A stretch of 64,000 nt of DNA, from assembly GCA_964622975.1 (NCBI GenBank), contig CAZUTA010000010.1, positions 16,971 to 80,970 of the forward strand, in the 5' to 3' direction. The DNA is from an uncultured Bacteriovoracaceae bacterium (GTDB lineage: Bacteria; Bdellovibrionota; UBA2394). Below, piece by piece: positions 53,647-63,370 of this stretch; positions within the stretch are counted from its first letter, which is position 1, and each line of letters starts with the position of its first letter. Below the pieces are notes generated by a model, which worked only from the letters and a program-made list of their open reading frames with translations, was not told where the DNA came from and ran no database searches. Position numbers and translations under genes: made by a program.

Positions 53647-56037
53647 ATGTCGGAGGCGGCACCTCAAATCCCTTTGTTGAACCAGACTCCCATGATGAAG
53701 CAGTGGAGCGCTCTCAAGGCATTGGCGAGTGACTCGCTCTTGTTTTTTAGGCTGGGGGATTTTTATGAACTCTTTGGCACAGATGCCGAAATCGCAGGAC
53801 CGATTTTGGGAATCGTTGTGACAAGTCGCAACAAAAAGGACGAGAATGCGCCCGCACTGTGCGGGATCCCCCTGCATCAGTTTGATAACTATATCGGCAA
53901 ACTTTTAGATCGTGGATATTCGGTTGCGCTCGCCGAGCAAATGGAAGAACCAACGCCAGGAAAAACTCTTGTGCGCCGAGAGATCATCCAGTGGCTCACT
54001 CCCGGAATCCGACTTTTACCAAATGACGAACGCCCTCACTATGCCGCGACTTTTTTGGGCGACTTAAACGCCTGGTCTGTCGCAGCAGCCGACGTCAATA
54101 CGGGCCATGCGTTTGTGACCGAAGGACGATCTCTCGAAGATCTGCAAGAACTCATCGATCGAGGACCCATTCAGGATTTGAGATGGCTGAGTCCAAAACC
54201 CGAAGGATTAAGAATCCACTTTCATCGTCCGGCCAATCCCCTGGTCTTAGCGGACGCCGATCAAGCCATTTTAAAATTCATGAATCTTTCTGAGATTGAA
54301 GATGCTCAAGCTCCCTCCAAAAATGCGCGCGTGGCACTCGGCAGTCTTTTGCAAATCTTGGCAGATGCTCACCCTCAGGATCGCTTGAAGTTTTTTGCAT
54401 CACTCCCCGAAAGCGACGCTGTACAAATGTCAGCGGCTACTCGACGCAACCTCAATCTCTTTGAACCCGAGAGCAAAAATATTTTTAGTATCCTCGATCG
54501 CACATGCACGGCTTTTGGACGGCGCGAACTCAAACGAATTCTCTCAGAGCCCACGCAAAATCGTGACACGCTCGAGGAGCGTCAGACATGGATTCGGTTT
54601 TTTAAGAGCCAAACTTTTATTCGCAAACAAATTCGTGAGCGGATGAATGCGATTTTGGATATCCATCGATTGATCCGAAAGCAAAGAGGCCCTCAAGATC
54701 TGCTTAAGTTATCGGTCAGTCTGCGATCTTCTTTGGAGAGTGCGCAACTCTTGCCTCCCGAGAACAAACTCTTTGCGGTGACTCGGCAGCGCGCAGAAAC
54801 ACTTCACGCTCTCACCGAGAACCTCGAAAAATCCCTCGTGATGAGCGACTCTTCAGAGGTGGGCTGGATTCGAAGCGGGGTTTTGCCGCAGCTCGATGAA
54901 CTCCGCCATCTTCAGAGCCACTCCGAGCAGCTCCTTTCGCAGCTCGAACAAAAGCTCAAAGACGAAACTAAGATTGGTAGTCTCAAAATTAAGTATCACC
55001 AAATCCTCGGCTATGTTTTTGAGGCGACCAGTGTGCACAAGGACAAGATTCCCTCCACGGTGCGTCGGGTGCAGAGCCTGGCAAACTCGGAGAGATTTAA
55101 GACACAGGAACTCGAGAGTCTTGAAGAAAAACTCCTCAGCGTCACTGAGCGAATTCGTGAAGCCGAGCGGGCTGAGATTGAGCGACTCTATCGAGAAGTC
55201 GCTCAAAGCTCTGAAGAGATTATAAACTTTGTTTCGAGCCTCTCTCTCATCGATGTCGCGCAAGCGCTTGCCGAAGTCTCCGTAGACTTGGGCTGGACGA
55301 CTCCGCGCCTCGCCACTTCACCCGAACTTCGCGCACAAGACGTAAAGCATCCGTTGATTGCCGGATTCGTACCTCTGAGTTTGGACTTATCTCAAAAGTC
55401 CACTCAAGTACTCCTTTTGACGGGACCCAATATGGCCGGCAAATCCACCGTGCTCAGAGTCGCTGCTCTTTTGGCACTCCTGCATCAGATCGGATCCGAT
55501 GTACCCGCTAAGGAATTTGAGTCGGGACTATTTGATCGAATCATGTGCCGTATGGGCGCACAGGACGACGTGATCACCGGTCAGTCCACATTTTTTGTAG
55601 AGATGAAAGAAGTCGCGCAAATGCTAAGCGGCGCGACGTCAAAGAGTTTGCTGATTTTTGATGAAATCGGTCGCGGCACGTCGACGTATGACGGCATGAG
55701 TCTCGCTTGGAGTATCGCAGAGAGTGTGCACCAAGCAGGGCCTCTCAGTCTGATTGCCACTCATTATTTAGAACTCGCCGAACTCGAAAAATCTTGCGCG
55801 CATCTCAAATCTTTTCATTTAGGAGTCGAAGAAAGATCAGGTCAGTTGGTTTTTACTCGAAAACTCATGAGTGGCCTGGCATCGCGAAGCTACGGCATCC
55901 AAGTCGCCAGACTCGCTCAAATCCCTGAAGATATTTTGGTTCGCGCGGAGCGCAAACTCAGTGAATTCGAAAGTCAAAAGCCTCCACAAAAAAGAGAGCG
56001 ACTGCCTCTGTTTGAATGGAAGTCTGCACAAACATGA
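53647..56037 (+). CDS. mutS: DNA mismatch repair protein MutS
   Basis: ORF 53563..56037. The Met at 53647 precedes 'TPMMKQW'. It has 'GPNMAGKST' Walker A and 'DEIGRGTSTYDG'. Confidence 0.93.
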   Translation: MSEAAPQIPLLNQTPMMKQWSALKALASDSLLFFRLGDFYELFGTDAEIAGPILGIVVTSRNKKDENAPALCGIPLHQFDNYIGKLLDRGYSVALAEQMEEPTPGKTLVRREIIQWLTPGIRLLPNDERPHYAATFLGDLNAWSVAAADVNTGHAFVTEGRSLEDLQELIDRGPIQDLRWLSPKPEGLRIHFHRPANPLVLADADQAILKFMNLSEIEDAQAPSKNARVALGSLLQILADAHPQDRLKFFASLPESDAVQMSAATRRNLNLFEPESKNIFSILDRTCTAFGRRELKRILSEPTQNRDTLEERQTWIRFFKSQTFIRKQIRERMNAILDIHRLIRKQRGPQDLLKLSVSLRSSLESAQLLPPENKLFAVTRQRAETLHALTENLEKSLVMSDSSEVGWIRSGVLPQLDELRHLQSHSEQLLSQLEQKLKDETKIGSLKIKYHQILGYVFEATSVHKDKIPSTVRRVQSLANSERFKTQELESLEEKLLSVTERIREAERAEIERLYREVAQSSEEIINFVSSLSLIDVAQALAEVSVDLGWTTPRLATSPELRAQDVKHPLIAGFVPLSLDLSQKSTQVLLLTGPNMAGKSTVLRVAALLALLHQIGSDVPAKEFESGLFDRIMCRMGAQDDVITGQSTFFVEMKEVAQMLSGATSKSLLIFDEIGRGTSTYDGMSLAWSIAESVHQAGPLSLIATHYLELAELEKSCAHLKSFHLGVEERSGQLVFTRKLMSGLASRSYGIQVARLAQIPEDILVRAERKLSEFESQKPPQKRERLPLFEWKSAQT

Positions 56038-56071
56038 CGATGAATGGAGTCCTTTTTGCGGGGTGCCTCGC

Positions 56072-56491
56072 GTGAGTCATCCCGCCTTACCAGTCAAAGG
56101 CTCTGGCCGCTGCTATGATTTGCAGTCCCTTTTTGATCGTCTCAATCGACTCTATTTTGACAACAAACTTCAAATCAGCGTGGAGTGGTCCGGGCGATCC
56201 CCTTCGAGAGCTCGGCGACGAGTCCTGCTGGGTGCTTACTATGCCGAACATCAAGTCATTCGCATGTCAAAGCGCCTCGATAATCCACGTGTGCCTCTTT
56301 ATTTTGTAGAGCATATTTTGTTTCATGAGATGCTCCACGCTGTGTTTCCTCGAGATGATCATCGAATGCATACTCCAAAGTTTAAGGCCTTCGAACGTCT
56401 TCATCCCGACTACGAAAGAGCCCGTGAATGGGAAAAGTCCTCGATTCAGATTCTCTTTGAAAAAGCTCAAACCGAACTGACTTTTGGATAG
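56072..56491 (+). CDS. SprT/YgjP-like zinc metallopeptidase domain protein
   Basis: ORF 55871..56491 overlaps the mutS 3' end. It has 'FVEHILFHEMLHAVFP' (HExxH) and 'HTPKFKAFERLHPDYERAREW'. The start is uncertain, with in-frame GTG at 56063 and 56072. Confidence 0.6.
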   Translation: MSHPALPVKGSGRCYDLQSLFDRLNRLYFDNKLQISVEWSGRSPSRARRRVLLGAYYAEHQVIRMSKRLDNPRVPLYFVEHILFHEMLHAVFPRDDHRMHTPKFKAFERLHPDYERAREWEKSSIQILFEKAQTELTFG

Positions 56492-56560
56492 ACGCTAAGA
56501 ATAATGCGCCTTGATTCCCAAAAAGGAAATACCGACGCAAAATTAAACGACTGAGCAACC

Positions 56561-56755
56561 TCACGCCTTGGGCGCTTGGTCTTTTTCGTCTTTTTTGGGA
56601 GTCACATCGATGGCGTCAGGCTCTTTGAGAGATTTTTTAAAGTTTCGGATGCTTTGGCCGAGGCCGGCACCGAGCTGAGGCAACTTGGCCGAACCAAAAA
56701 TCAAAAGCACGATCGCCAAAAGAATCAAAAGTTCTGTCACACCGAGTCCAAACAT
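56561..56755 (-). CDS. tatA: twin-arginine translocase subunit TatA/E
   Basis: 64 aa: '[43 protein letters not shown]'. Confidence 0.85.
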   Translation of the reverse strand: MFGLGVTELLILLAIVLLIFGSAKLPQLGAGLGQSIRNFKKSLKEPDAIDVTPKKDEKDQAPKA

Positions 56756-56880
56756 ACTGACCTCATTCTAACCGACTTTGCGTTCCAGAAACCCCCCGTT
56801 TCTCCGACGCATCAAGTCATTGAAATTTCTCAATTATTACGCCCTTTTTCGGTAAACTGTGAAGGGGAAATCTATAATTC

Positions 56881-59376
56881 ATGCAAACCGCGATTAAAAC
56901 ACAGCGTCCAGCAAAACCACTTTTGGGAATCAGTTTATTGATCGGAGGACTTTATACGGCCTTAAGTCTCCTCTCCTATTCCCGAACCGATCCCTCATTT
57001 TCGTATTCTGCAAACGATCTCGAAGCCTTACGCAATTGGGGCGGGGTTGTCGGGAGTTATCTGGCCGATGCCGTTTTGCAACTCCTCGGAATTGTCGGAT
57101 ACTTCGCGACGATTGCTGCGATTTTTGCGGGAATCAAATTTTTAAATCCTCGCAGTGTTCTGCTTCTCGAAAGTGCCAAACAAAATCTCAAATCCAAATG
57201 GCAACTTCCCACCTCTCTCGCTCTCCTTGTGCTTTCCCTTGCAGGACTCCTCTCACTGATCCCCTTTAAAATTTACTCTCAAACCTCTCTCGGCGGAGCC
57301 CTCGGATTTTGGCTCTCCAAAGCGGCGACGTTTTGTTTTAGCACAGTGGGCGCGACTCTCTTTTTTGTGGGCGGACTATGGGCAGGATTTTATTTGCTCA
57401 CTGGTCGCGTGGGATTTTCTGTCGTCGCCCCGACTCAAGAGCTCTTTAATAAACTAAAAATATTTATTCTGGCTCAAGTTTCCGAATTCAAATCACCGTT
57501 TCAAAAAAAGGAACCCTCAGTCCATATGAATCAACTCAAGCCTACGGTGCAAAAGAGGCTTGAAGATCTGTTTAAATCCCGTGCATCCAAAAGTTTGGAG
57601 AATCCTGAGACCACTCTTGCCAAAGCGTCTGCACAACCTTCTCCTCACTTAGAAGAATCAGAATCCAAAACGCAGTCCGTCGAGGAGACCTCATCTCCCG
57701 CACAGGCCAAGCCGCAGCTCGGACTCTTCAATCGCTCGGAGCCTAAGGTCGAAGTCGCTTCCAAAAAAGTACCATTCTTGAGAGAAGTGACCGCTCGAAA
57801 AAAGGCCGAGCGCGAGAACTCTCCTTACGAGTTTCCTTCGTTTCAGCTTTTGGATTTGGCGCAAGAATCTGGATTTGAGATTTCTAAGGATGAACTTATC
57901 GCCAACTCTCGTGCGCTCGAACAAAAGCTCATGGACTTTGGAATTCAGGGTCATGTCACCAATATTCGGCCCGGTCCCATCATTACTCTCTATGAATTTG
58001 AACCCGCACCCGGTGTAAAAGTAAAAAACATCACCAATCTGACGGACGATCTCAAACTCGCCATGAAGTCCGTCAGCATTAGAATTCTCGCCCCGATTCC
58101 GGGCAAAGCCGCTGTGGGCATTGAGATTCCAAATCCTCGGCGACAAACAGTTTACTTAAGAGAAATTTTGCAGTCGCCGCTGTTTCAAAATTCGCCCGCG
58201 CCTCTCACCATGGGAATGGGCAAAACAACTTCTGGAGATCCCTATGTCACGGATCTTTCGAAGATGCCTCACCTCTTGATTGCGGGAGCGACAGGATCAG
58301 GAAAGTCCGTCGGACTCAATGGCATTGTCGTCAGCATGCTCTATAAAGCCAGCCCCGAAGAACTCAAATTCATCATGATCGATCCTAAGATGCTCGAACT
58401 TTCGGTCTACGAAGGGATTCCGCATCTCTTACTGCCCGTTGTTACAGATCCCAAGAAGGCCGCGCGAGCATTGGCCTGGGCCGTCAAAGAAATGGAACGA
58501 CGCTACAAACTCATCTCCTCTTTGGGCGCTCGAAACCTCAAATCCTTTAACGAAAAAGTCGCTCGCCTCTCTCAAGACGAACTCAAAAAAGAAATGGAAC
58601 GCGCGAAGCATCATGAAGACACCATGAGCGCGCTGATGGAAGATGCAGAGTCCGCAAACAAAGAAGCTCAAGAAGCCGCTCTTCAAGAAGCCGGTCTTGA
58701 TAAGTATGTCAAACTTCCCAACATTGTGATCGTGATCGATGAACTCGCCGATCTTATTATGGTCGCCGCCCGAGATGTCGAAGAGAGCATAGCTCGCCTC
58801 GCTCAAATGGCGCGAGCCGCAGGGATTCATTTGATCATCGCTACTCAGCGTCCTTCGGTCGACGTCATTACGGGAGTCATCAAGGCCAACTTGCCCACAC
58901 GATGCGCGTTTCAGGTGGCTTCTAAAGTGGATTCAAGAACAATCATCGATACCAGTGGTGCAGAGAATCTCATCGGCGAAGGAGACATGCTCTTTTTGCC
59001 ACCGGGAACAAGTCGACTCGAACGACTTCACGGACCTTTTATTTCCGAAGACGAGATTGCCCGCGTGGTCCGGCATCTCAAAACTCAAGCCGCTCCTGAT
59101 TATTCCTCAGACATCAACCTCGAAGAAGCTCCTGATTCCGAAGGTATGATGAACGATGGAATGGACGACGATATTGACGATGCCCTCTACGATCAGGCAC
59201 TCAATGTGGTGTTTGAAACCAAAGCCCCTTCAGCCAGTATGCTGCAAAGAAGACTGAGGATTGGCTACAATCGCGCCGCACGTCTCGTCGAGCGAATGGA
59301 GAGAGAAGGAATCGTCTCCGCCCCCCAATCTGGCGGCAAGGGGCGCGAGCTCCTTGTGACTCCATCTCATGATTGA
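56881..59376 (+). CDS. ftsK: DNA translocase FtsK
   Basis: 831 aa with N-terminal TM helices, 'IAGATGSGKS', 'VIDELADL', 'IIATQRPS' and a C-terminal gamma domain 'LQRRLRIGYNRAARLVERME'. Confidence 0.93.
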   Translation: MQTAIKTQRPAKPLLGISLLIGGLYTALSLLSYSRTDPSFSYSANDLEALRNWGGVVGSYLADAVLQLLGIVGYFATIAAIFAGIKFLNPRSVLLLESAKQNLKSKWQLPTSLALLVLSLAGLLSLIPFKIYSQTSLGGALGFWLSKAATFCFSTVGATLFFVGGLWAGFYLLTGRVGFSVVAPTQELFNKLKIFILAQVSEFKSPFQKKEPSVHMNQLKPTVQKRLEDLFKSRASKSLENPETTLAKASAQPSPHLEESESKTQSVEETSSPAQAKPQLGLFNRSEPKVEVASKKVPFLREVTARKKAERENSPYEFPSFQLLDLAQESGFEISKDELIANSRALEQKLMDFGIQGHVTNIRPGPIITLYEFEPAPGVKVKNITNLTDDLKLAMKSVSIRILAPIPGKAAVGIEIPNPRRQTVYLREILQSPLFQNSPAPLTMGMGKTTSGDPYVTDLSKMPHLLIAGATGSGKSVGLNGIVVSMLYKASPEELKFIMIDPKMLELSVYEGIPHLLLPVVTDPKKAARALAWAVKEMERRYKLISSLGARNLKSFNEKVARLSQDELKKEMERAKHHEDTMSALMEDAESANKEAQEAALQEAGLDKYVKLPNIVIVIDELADLIMVAARDVEESIARLAQMARAAGIHLIIATQRPSVDVITGVIKANLPTRCAFQVASKVDSRTIIDTSGAENLIGEGDMLFLPPGTSRLERLHGPFISEDEIARVVRHLKTQAAPDYSSDINLEEAPDSEGMMNDGMDDDIDDALYDQALNVVFETKAPSASMLQRRLRIGYNRAARLVERMEREGIVSAPQSGGKGRELLVTPSHD

Positions 59377-59443
59377 ATCCAAAAATCCGCGCTCCCAATA
59401 AATACGTGACACGGCGATTTATCCTCCTTAGAATTTTGCGCAT

Positions 59444-59563
59444 ATGAAAACAAAATACTTCATTTCTTCTTTTGCATTATTGGGTCTTATCTCTTCAACT
59501 CAAGCGGCCGAAACGATGTCTTCATCTCTTTCGCCCAAATTGGATGAAGGATGTGGATTTTAA
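59444..59563 (+). other. orphan 39-codon ORF encoding only a signal peptide, out of frame with the downstream barrel ORF
   Basis: ATG at 59444 gives MKTKYFISSFALLGLISSTQAAETMSSSLSPKLDEGCGF, with a stop at 59561. It overlaps ORF 59472..60236, which is in the +1 frame. Confidence 0.5.
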
Positions 59564-60236
59564 CCTCGAGAATACTTTTACTTCTCGATACATGGCTGAT
59601 GGCGTTGCTACTGGCGATGAGCCCACCTTGCAACCTGCTGCCGGAATGACATACAAAATGTTCAGCACTGGCCTCTGGTCCAACTTCAATACCAATGAAA
59701 CCGGCACGGCTTCGGATGGCGAGTTTACCGAAGTGGATTGGAACGCCGATTTGACCTATTCCTTTGAGGATCTCGGCATTTCCACTCACGCGGGATATGT
59801 TCATTATTTCTTCCCCAATTCGACAGACAGCAGTACCGCCGAGGTGACTTTTGGTGCTGAGTTTGCGTTTGCTGAGTACTTTAATTTGCATGCGGATGGT
59901 CGCGTCGATGTGAAGGAAAACAAAGGCGCATGGATCGGAACTTTTGGACCGGGCGTGGAATACGCTTTTTCGGACAAAGTCTCGATGGATGCCGCGATGG
60001 ACTTGGCTGTAAGCGCTAAAAAATTCAACGACGCTCTTTTGAGCGTCAATAAAATGGGACTTTTGTCGCTCAATACGACCACAGGAATCAACTGGCAAGC
60101 GACTCCCGTTTTGTCGTTCCGACCCTATGTGGCTTATGCGTCGATCATCAATTCTGATCTTCGTGATGGCGCCAAATTGGCTGGTATTGACCGAGACGTG
60201 TTTTCTGGCGGGATGACCGTTGCTGCTGCGTTCTAA
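59544..60236 (+). CDS. outer-membrane beta-barrel protein (TorF/Gcw_chp-like?), N-terminus apparently frameshifted
   Basis: ORF 59472..60236, with the first in-frame ATG at 59544. It has 'TSRYMADGVATGDEPTLQPAAGMTY...GLWSNFNT' and a C-terminal 'MTVAAAF', but no signal peptide in this frame. Confidence 0.55.
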   Translation: MKDVDFNLENTFTSRYMADGVATGDEPTLQPAAGMTYKMFSTGLWSNFNTNETGTASDGEFTEVDWNADLTYSFEDLGISTHAGYVHYFFPNSTDSSTAEVTFGAEFAFAEYFNLHADGRVDVKENKGAWIGTFGPGVEYAFSDKVSMDAAMDLAVSAKKFNDALLSVNKMGLLSLNTTTGINWQATPVLSFRPYVAYASIINSDLRDGAKLAGIDRDVFSGGMTVAAAF

Positions 60237-60304
60237 TTTATAACGCGGAGCAAATATTGATTCTCTGAGGCCCCAGCCTAGAGGAGAAAGCGCTAGAATG
60301 AGAC

Positions 60305-62455
60305 GTGGGTCTCAGGCGCAAGGTGCTGATTGCATTTTCTCTTCTGTGGTTGGGGCTTCTTGTTTCTTTCTGGTTCATTTCGGCGACTTTTGTTCAGCAA
60401 GGATTTTTTAGAGTCGAAGAAGAAGCCCTCGAAGAGCGTACGGAGCAGATTCGCCAAGTCATTGAAGCCGAACTCGATGCTCTCGAAACCAATGCCGTCA
60501 CTTGGGCGTATTGGGATGATATGTATCAATTCGCCGTGGATCAAAACACCCCCTTTGTTCGATCCAATCTGCAAGACGCCTCACTCATTGATTTTAAGAT
60601 CCACCATATTTTGATTATGAACAAAAAGGGGCGAATCCTCATCTCTCGCTCCTTTAATCGAGATCTCAAAAAATCCACACCTTTGCCGGAAGAACTCAGA
60701 TCCACTCTTAAAGAGAATCTCATCCTCTGGGCGCAGCCGCGAACCGATCATGTCCAGAAGGGACTCATTTCACTCGCAGGTCGGCCCGCTCTTTTTGTCG
60801 CTTTGCCCATTTTGACGAGTGTCAAAAGGGGACCGATTCGAGGCAGCTTGGTTTTTGTCCGAGAATTTGACGAAGCTCTGGTGAGCGATCTTTCCAAGAA
60901 AGTCGGAGCACCCCTTCGCTGGGAGAACGGAGCACTCAATGTACCTGCCAAATCCTCACGAGTGATTTGGAACTCGAGCGAGAGTGTCACTGCTCAACTC
61001 GTTTGGACGGATCTTTTGAATCGTCACCACTGGACACTCGCCGCCACATTTGGCCGACCCATCACCAAAGAGGCTCAAAATACGACCTTCATTCTTTTCT
61101 TTTTTCTCACTGTTGCGGGTCTCATTTTTGGCTTTGCCTTTTATCGAGCGATCCAATCAGCGCTGCAACGTCTCGACGAAAGTCAAAAGGAGCTCCATCT
61201 CAAACTGATTGAATCCAAAGAACTCACGATGTCTCTTGAGAAGGCTCAAACTCATTTGATTCAAAGTCAAAAGTTTGAAGCGCTTTCGGCTCTCGCGGGC
61301 GGAGTGTCCCGAGACTTTAAGGCAGTGATCGCTTCTCTTTCTGCTGTCTTAGAAGCATTAGAACACGACCTTAAAAATCAGCCCGAATCGATGAGACGGC
61401 TTTCCCATCTTTCGATGAGTATTGTGCGAGCCACTGAAGTCGTCCAAAAGCTCTTAGGACTCGCCCGTCGAAGCGATAGTCGAAAAGAAACTCTCGAACT
61501 CAACAAAATTGTTTTTGATGTTCAGGAACTTCTCTCAAAATCCTTTGGCGGCAGCCACAAGGTTCGTACTTCGACGAGTGCCAAACTCTGGCCCATCGAT
61601 GGAACTGCGGATCAAATTATTCAGGCCATCGTCAATCTGGGAGTCAACGCTCGAGACGCGATGGCGAATGGCGGACAGATTCTGATCGAAACCGAAAATC
61701 TCGAAATCTCCGAGGCACAAGCCAAGACCATGCCGGGCCTTCGGCCGGGACGCTATGCGTGCATTCGACTCAGTGACACGGGCTCAGGAATTCCTAAAGA
61801 CGTCCAAGAGAGAATCTTCGATCCATTTTTTACAACGAAGACGGGGACGACGAGTGCAGGGCTTGGGCTCTCGACAGTTTATTCGATCATGCAGAATCAT
61901 GGGGGTCATGTGACTCTGTACTCCGCTCCCCACCTCGGCAGTGTGTTCACTCTTTATTTTCCGATGGCTCAACCCGAGGACGCCGTCGAACTCAAACCTC
62001 TCCAGTTTGATTTAGGACGGATGGCAACAGCTCCAGAGTTTGACGGACGGTTGATTTTGTTGGCAGACGATGACTATCTCCTGAGAGAGGTCACTCGTGA
62101 TATTTTTGAATCCGAAGAAGCCGTTGTGCTCGCGGCAGAAAATGGTCGCGAAGCTCTTCAGATATTTTATGAACATGCCGATAGCCTTAAGCTTGCGATC
62201 CTCGATGTCAGTATGCCCGAAATGACTGGCATAGAGGTCTATCACGAGATCCGAAAGACTCATCCTCAGTTTCCGATTATGTTTTATACGGCCTATGGCG
62301 ACACACCAGAAATGGAAAGCCTCAAAAAGGATCCCTGGTTTCTCGTCGTGGCCAAACCCTTTCAGCGTCGAGAAATCATCGAACTCGCTTGGACAATGAT
62401 TCGCGCTTCAGAAGATCAGTCTCTAAAATACAAATCTCAAACCCACACTGCCTGA
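60305..62455 (+). CDS. hybrid sensor histidine kinase/response regulator with a CHASE4-like periplasmic domain
   Basis: 716 aa with two TM segments flanking 'WAYWDDMYQF' (CHASE4-like). The HATPase_c boxes are 'NLGVNARDAM', 'DTGSGI' and 'GLGLS'. The REC domain has 'LLADDD...LDVSMPEMTG...AKPF'. GTG start. Confidence 0.88.
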   Translation: MGLRRKVLIAFSLLWLGLLVSFWFISATFVQQGFFRVEEEALEERTEQIRQVIEAELDALETNAVTWAYWDDMYQFAVDQNTPFVRSNLQDASLIDFKIHHILIMNKKGRILISRSFNRDLKKSTPLPEELRSTLKENLILWAQPRTDHVQKGLISLAGRPALFVALPILTSVKRGPIRGSLVFVREFDEALVSDLSKKVGAPLRWENGALNVPAKSSRVIWNSSESVTAQLVWTDLLNRHHWTLAATFGRPITKEAQNTTFILFFFLTVAGLIFGFAFYRAIQSALQRLDESQKELHLKLIESKELTMSLEKAQTHLIQSQKFEALSALAGGVSRDFKAVIASLSAVLEALEHDLKNQPESMRRLSHLSMSIVRATEVVQKLLGLARRSDSRKETLELNKIVFDVQELLSKSFGGSHKVRTSTSAKLWPIDGTADQIIQAIVNLGVNARDAMANGGQILIETENLEISEAQAKTMPGLRPGRYACIRLSDTGSGIPKDVQERIFDPFFTTKTGTTSAGLGLSTVYSIMQNHGGHVTLYSAPHLGSVFTLYFPMAQPEDAVELKPLQFDLGRMATAPEFDGRLILLADDDYLLREVTRDIFESEEAVVLAAENGREALQIFYEHADSLKLAILDVSMPEMTGIEVYHEIRKTHPQFPIMFYTAYGDTPEMESLKKDPWFLVVAKPFQRREIIELAWTMIRASEDQSLKYKSQTHTA

Positions 62456-63370
62456 TCCTTGCGTGGGTGGGCCTCCACTTTTGACGAGATTATTGAGTTT
62501 ATTATTCGCCGCTCGAACCAAAAACATTTCCATCGAAAGCCCCATCCAAAGTCCAAAACTCGGGGTTGCATAAAAGTGCAGATCCGACTGAACACGTAGA
62601 GGAAGTTGCCCTTGATTGAATGAAGATCTCGGGGCTCTAAACGTCCATCCGAGTCCGCCGCCCAATCCCCAATCAATTCGACGTGCGGTCGCCTCAGAGA
62701 TTCTCCAATAACGCTCCGCAATCGCAACGAAGCCCAAAAGTTTTGGACCTACAAACCTCAAGTACGAAACCAAACCGATATCCCATTCGGGCCGGATCCG
62801 ATAAAAACCACTCAAGTCTAGATTCACTTGATTGCGAGACTTATTGAGATTGAAGGCATATCCCAAGCCCGTTTGAAGGCTCCACGCTCCACGCACCGTC
62901 GTTGATTCATTTTGTTGTCGGTCTCTCACTTCCTCCGAAATCGCATCCTGAGAGGGACCTGGTCCGGGAAACTCAAAAGATTTGATCGGCTCTGGCTGCT
63001 GAATTTCGGGGGCGGGCGGAGTGGTTTCGGACGGAGGCGTCACGCTGGGCGCTTCGGTGGGCGCTGCGCTCGGCATCTCCTCAGAAGGCTTAAATTCGGG
63101 AAGATCCTCTTCTGGAGGCGGCTGCAAAATCGGGGAAGATTCAGGCGAACTCGGATTGACGGCAGGAGCCGGTTCCGTCGCAGGCGTACTCGACCCTCCA
63201 AAAGGATCTTCAAAACCCTTTTGCAAATTGGGTTCCTCAGGAGCCGGAGCTGTCGAGGGCTCCTCGAGTGGAGACAGTTCTGATTCACTCGGGGGAGTGA
63301 GTTCTTGCGCAAAACTCACCTGAGAAATCATCCAAAAACTCAATACGATCAATCGTGTAAAAATCTTCAT
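62423..63370 (-). CDS. exported protein: proline-rich N-terminal region plus small C-terminal beta-barrel
   Basis: 315 aa with signal peptide 'LIVLSFWMISQVSFAQ', a ~130-aa Pro/Glu/Ser-rich region, and a C-terminal alternating sequence ending 'VGLRFVF'. Confidence 0.6.
   Translation of the reverse strand: MKIFTRLIVLSFWMISQVSFAQELTPPSESELSPLEEPSTAPAPEEPNLQKGFEDPFGGSSTPATEPAPAVNPSSPESSPILQPPPEEDLPEFKPSEEMPSAAPTEAPSVTPPSETTPPAPEIQQPEPIKSFEFPGPGPSQDAISEEVRDRQQNESTTVRGAWSLQTGLGYAFNLNKSRNQVNLDLSGFYRIRPEWDIGLVSYLRFVGPKLLGFVAIAERYWRISEATARRIDWGLGGGLGWTFRAPRSSFNQGQLPLRVQSDLHFYATPSFGLWMGLSMEMFLVRAANNKLNNLVKSGGPPTQGSGSVGLRFVF

Noticed and set aside
56872-56877. Perfect TATAAT 3 nt upstream of the ftsK ATG.
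   Set aside because: It is too close to serve as the -10 for a transcript that includes this start codon, and no matching -35 is present. It is likely fortuitous unless ftsK starts further downstream.
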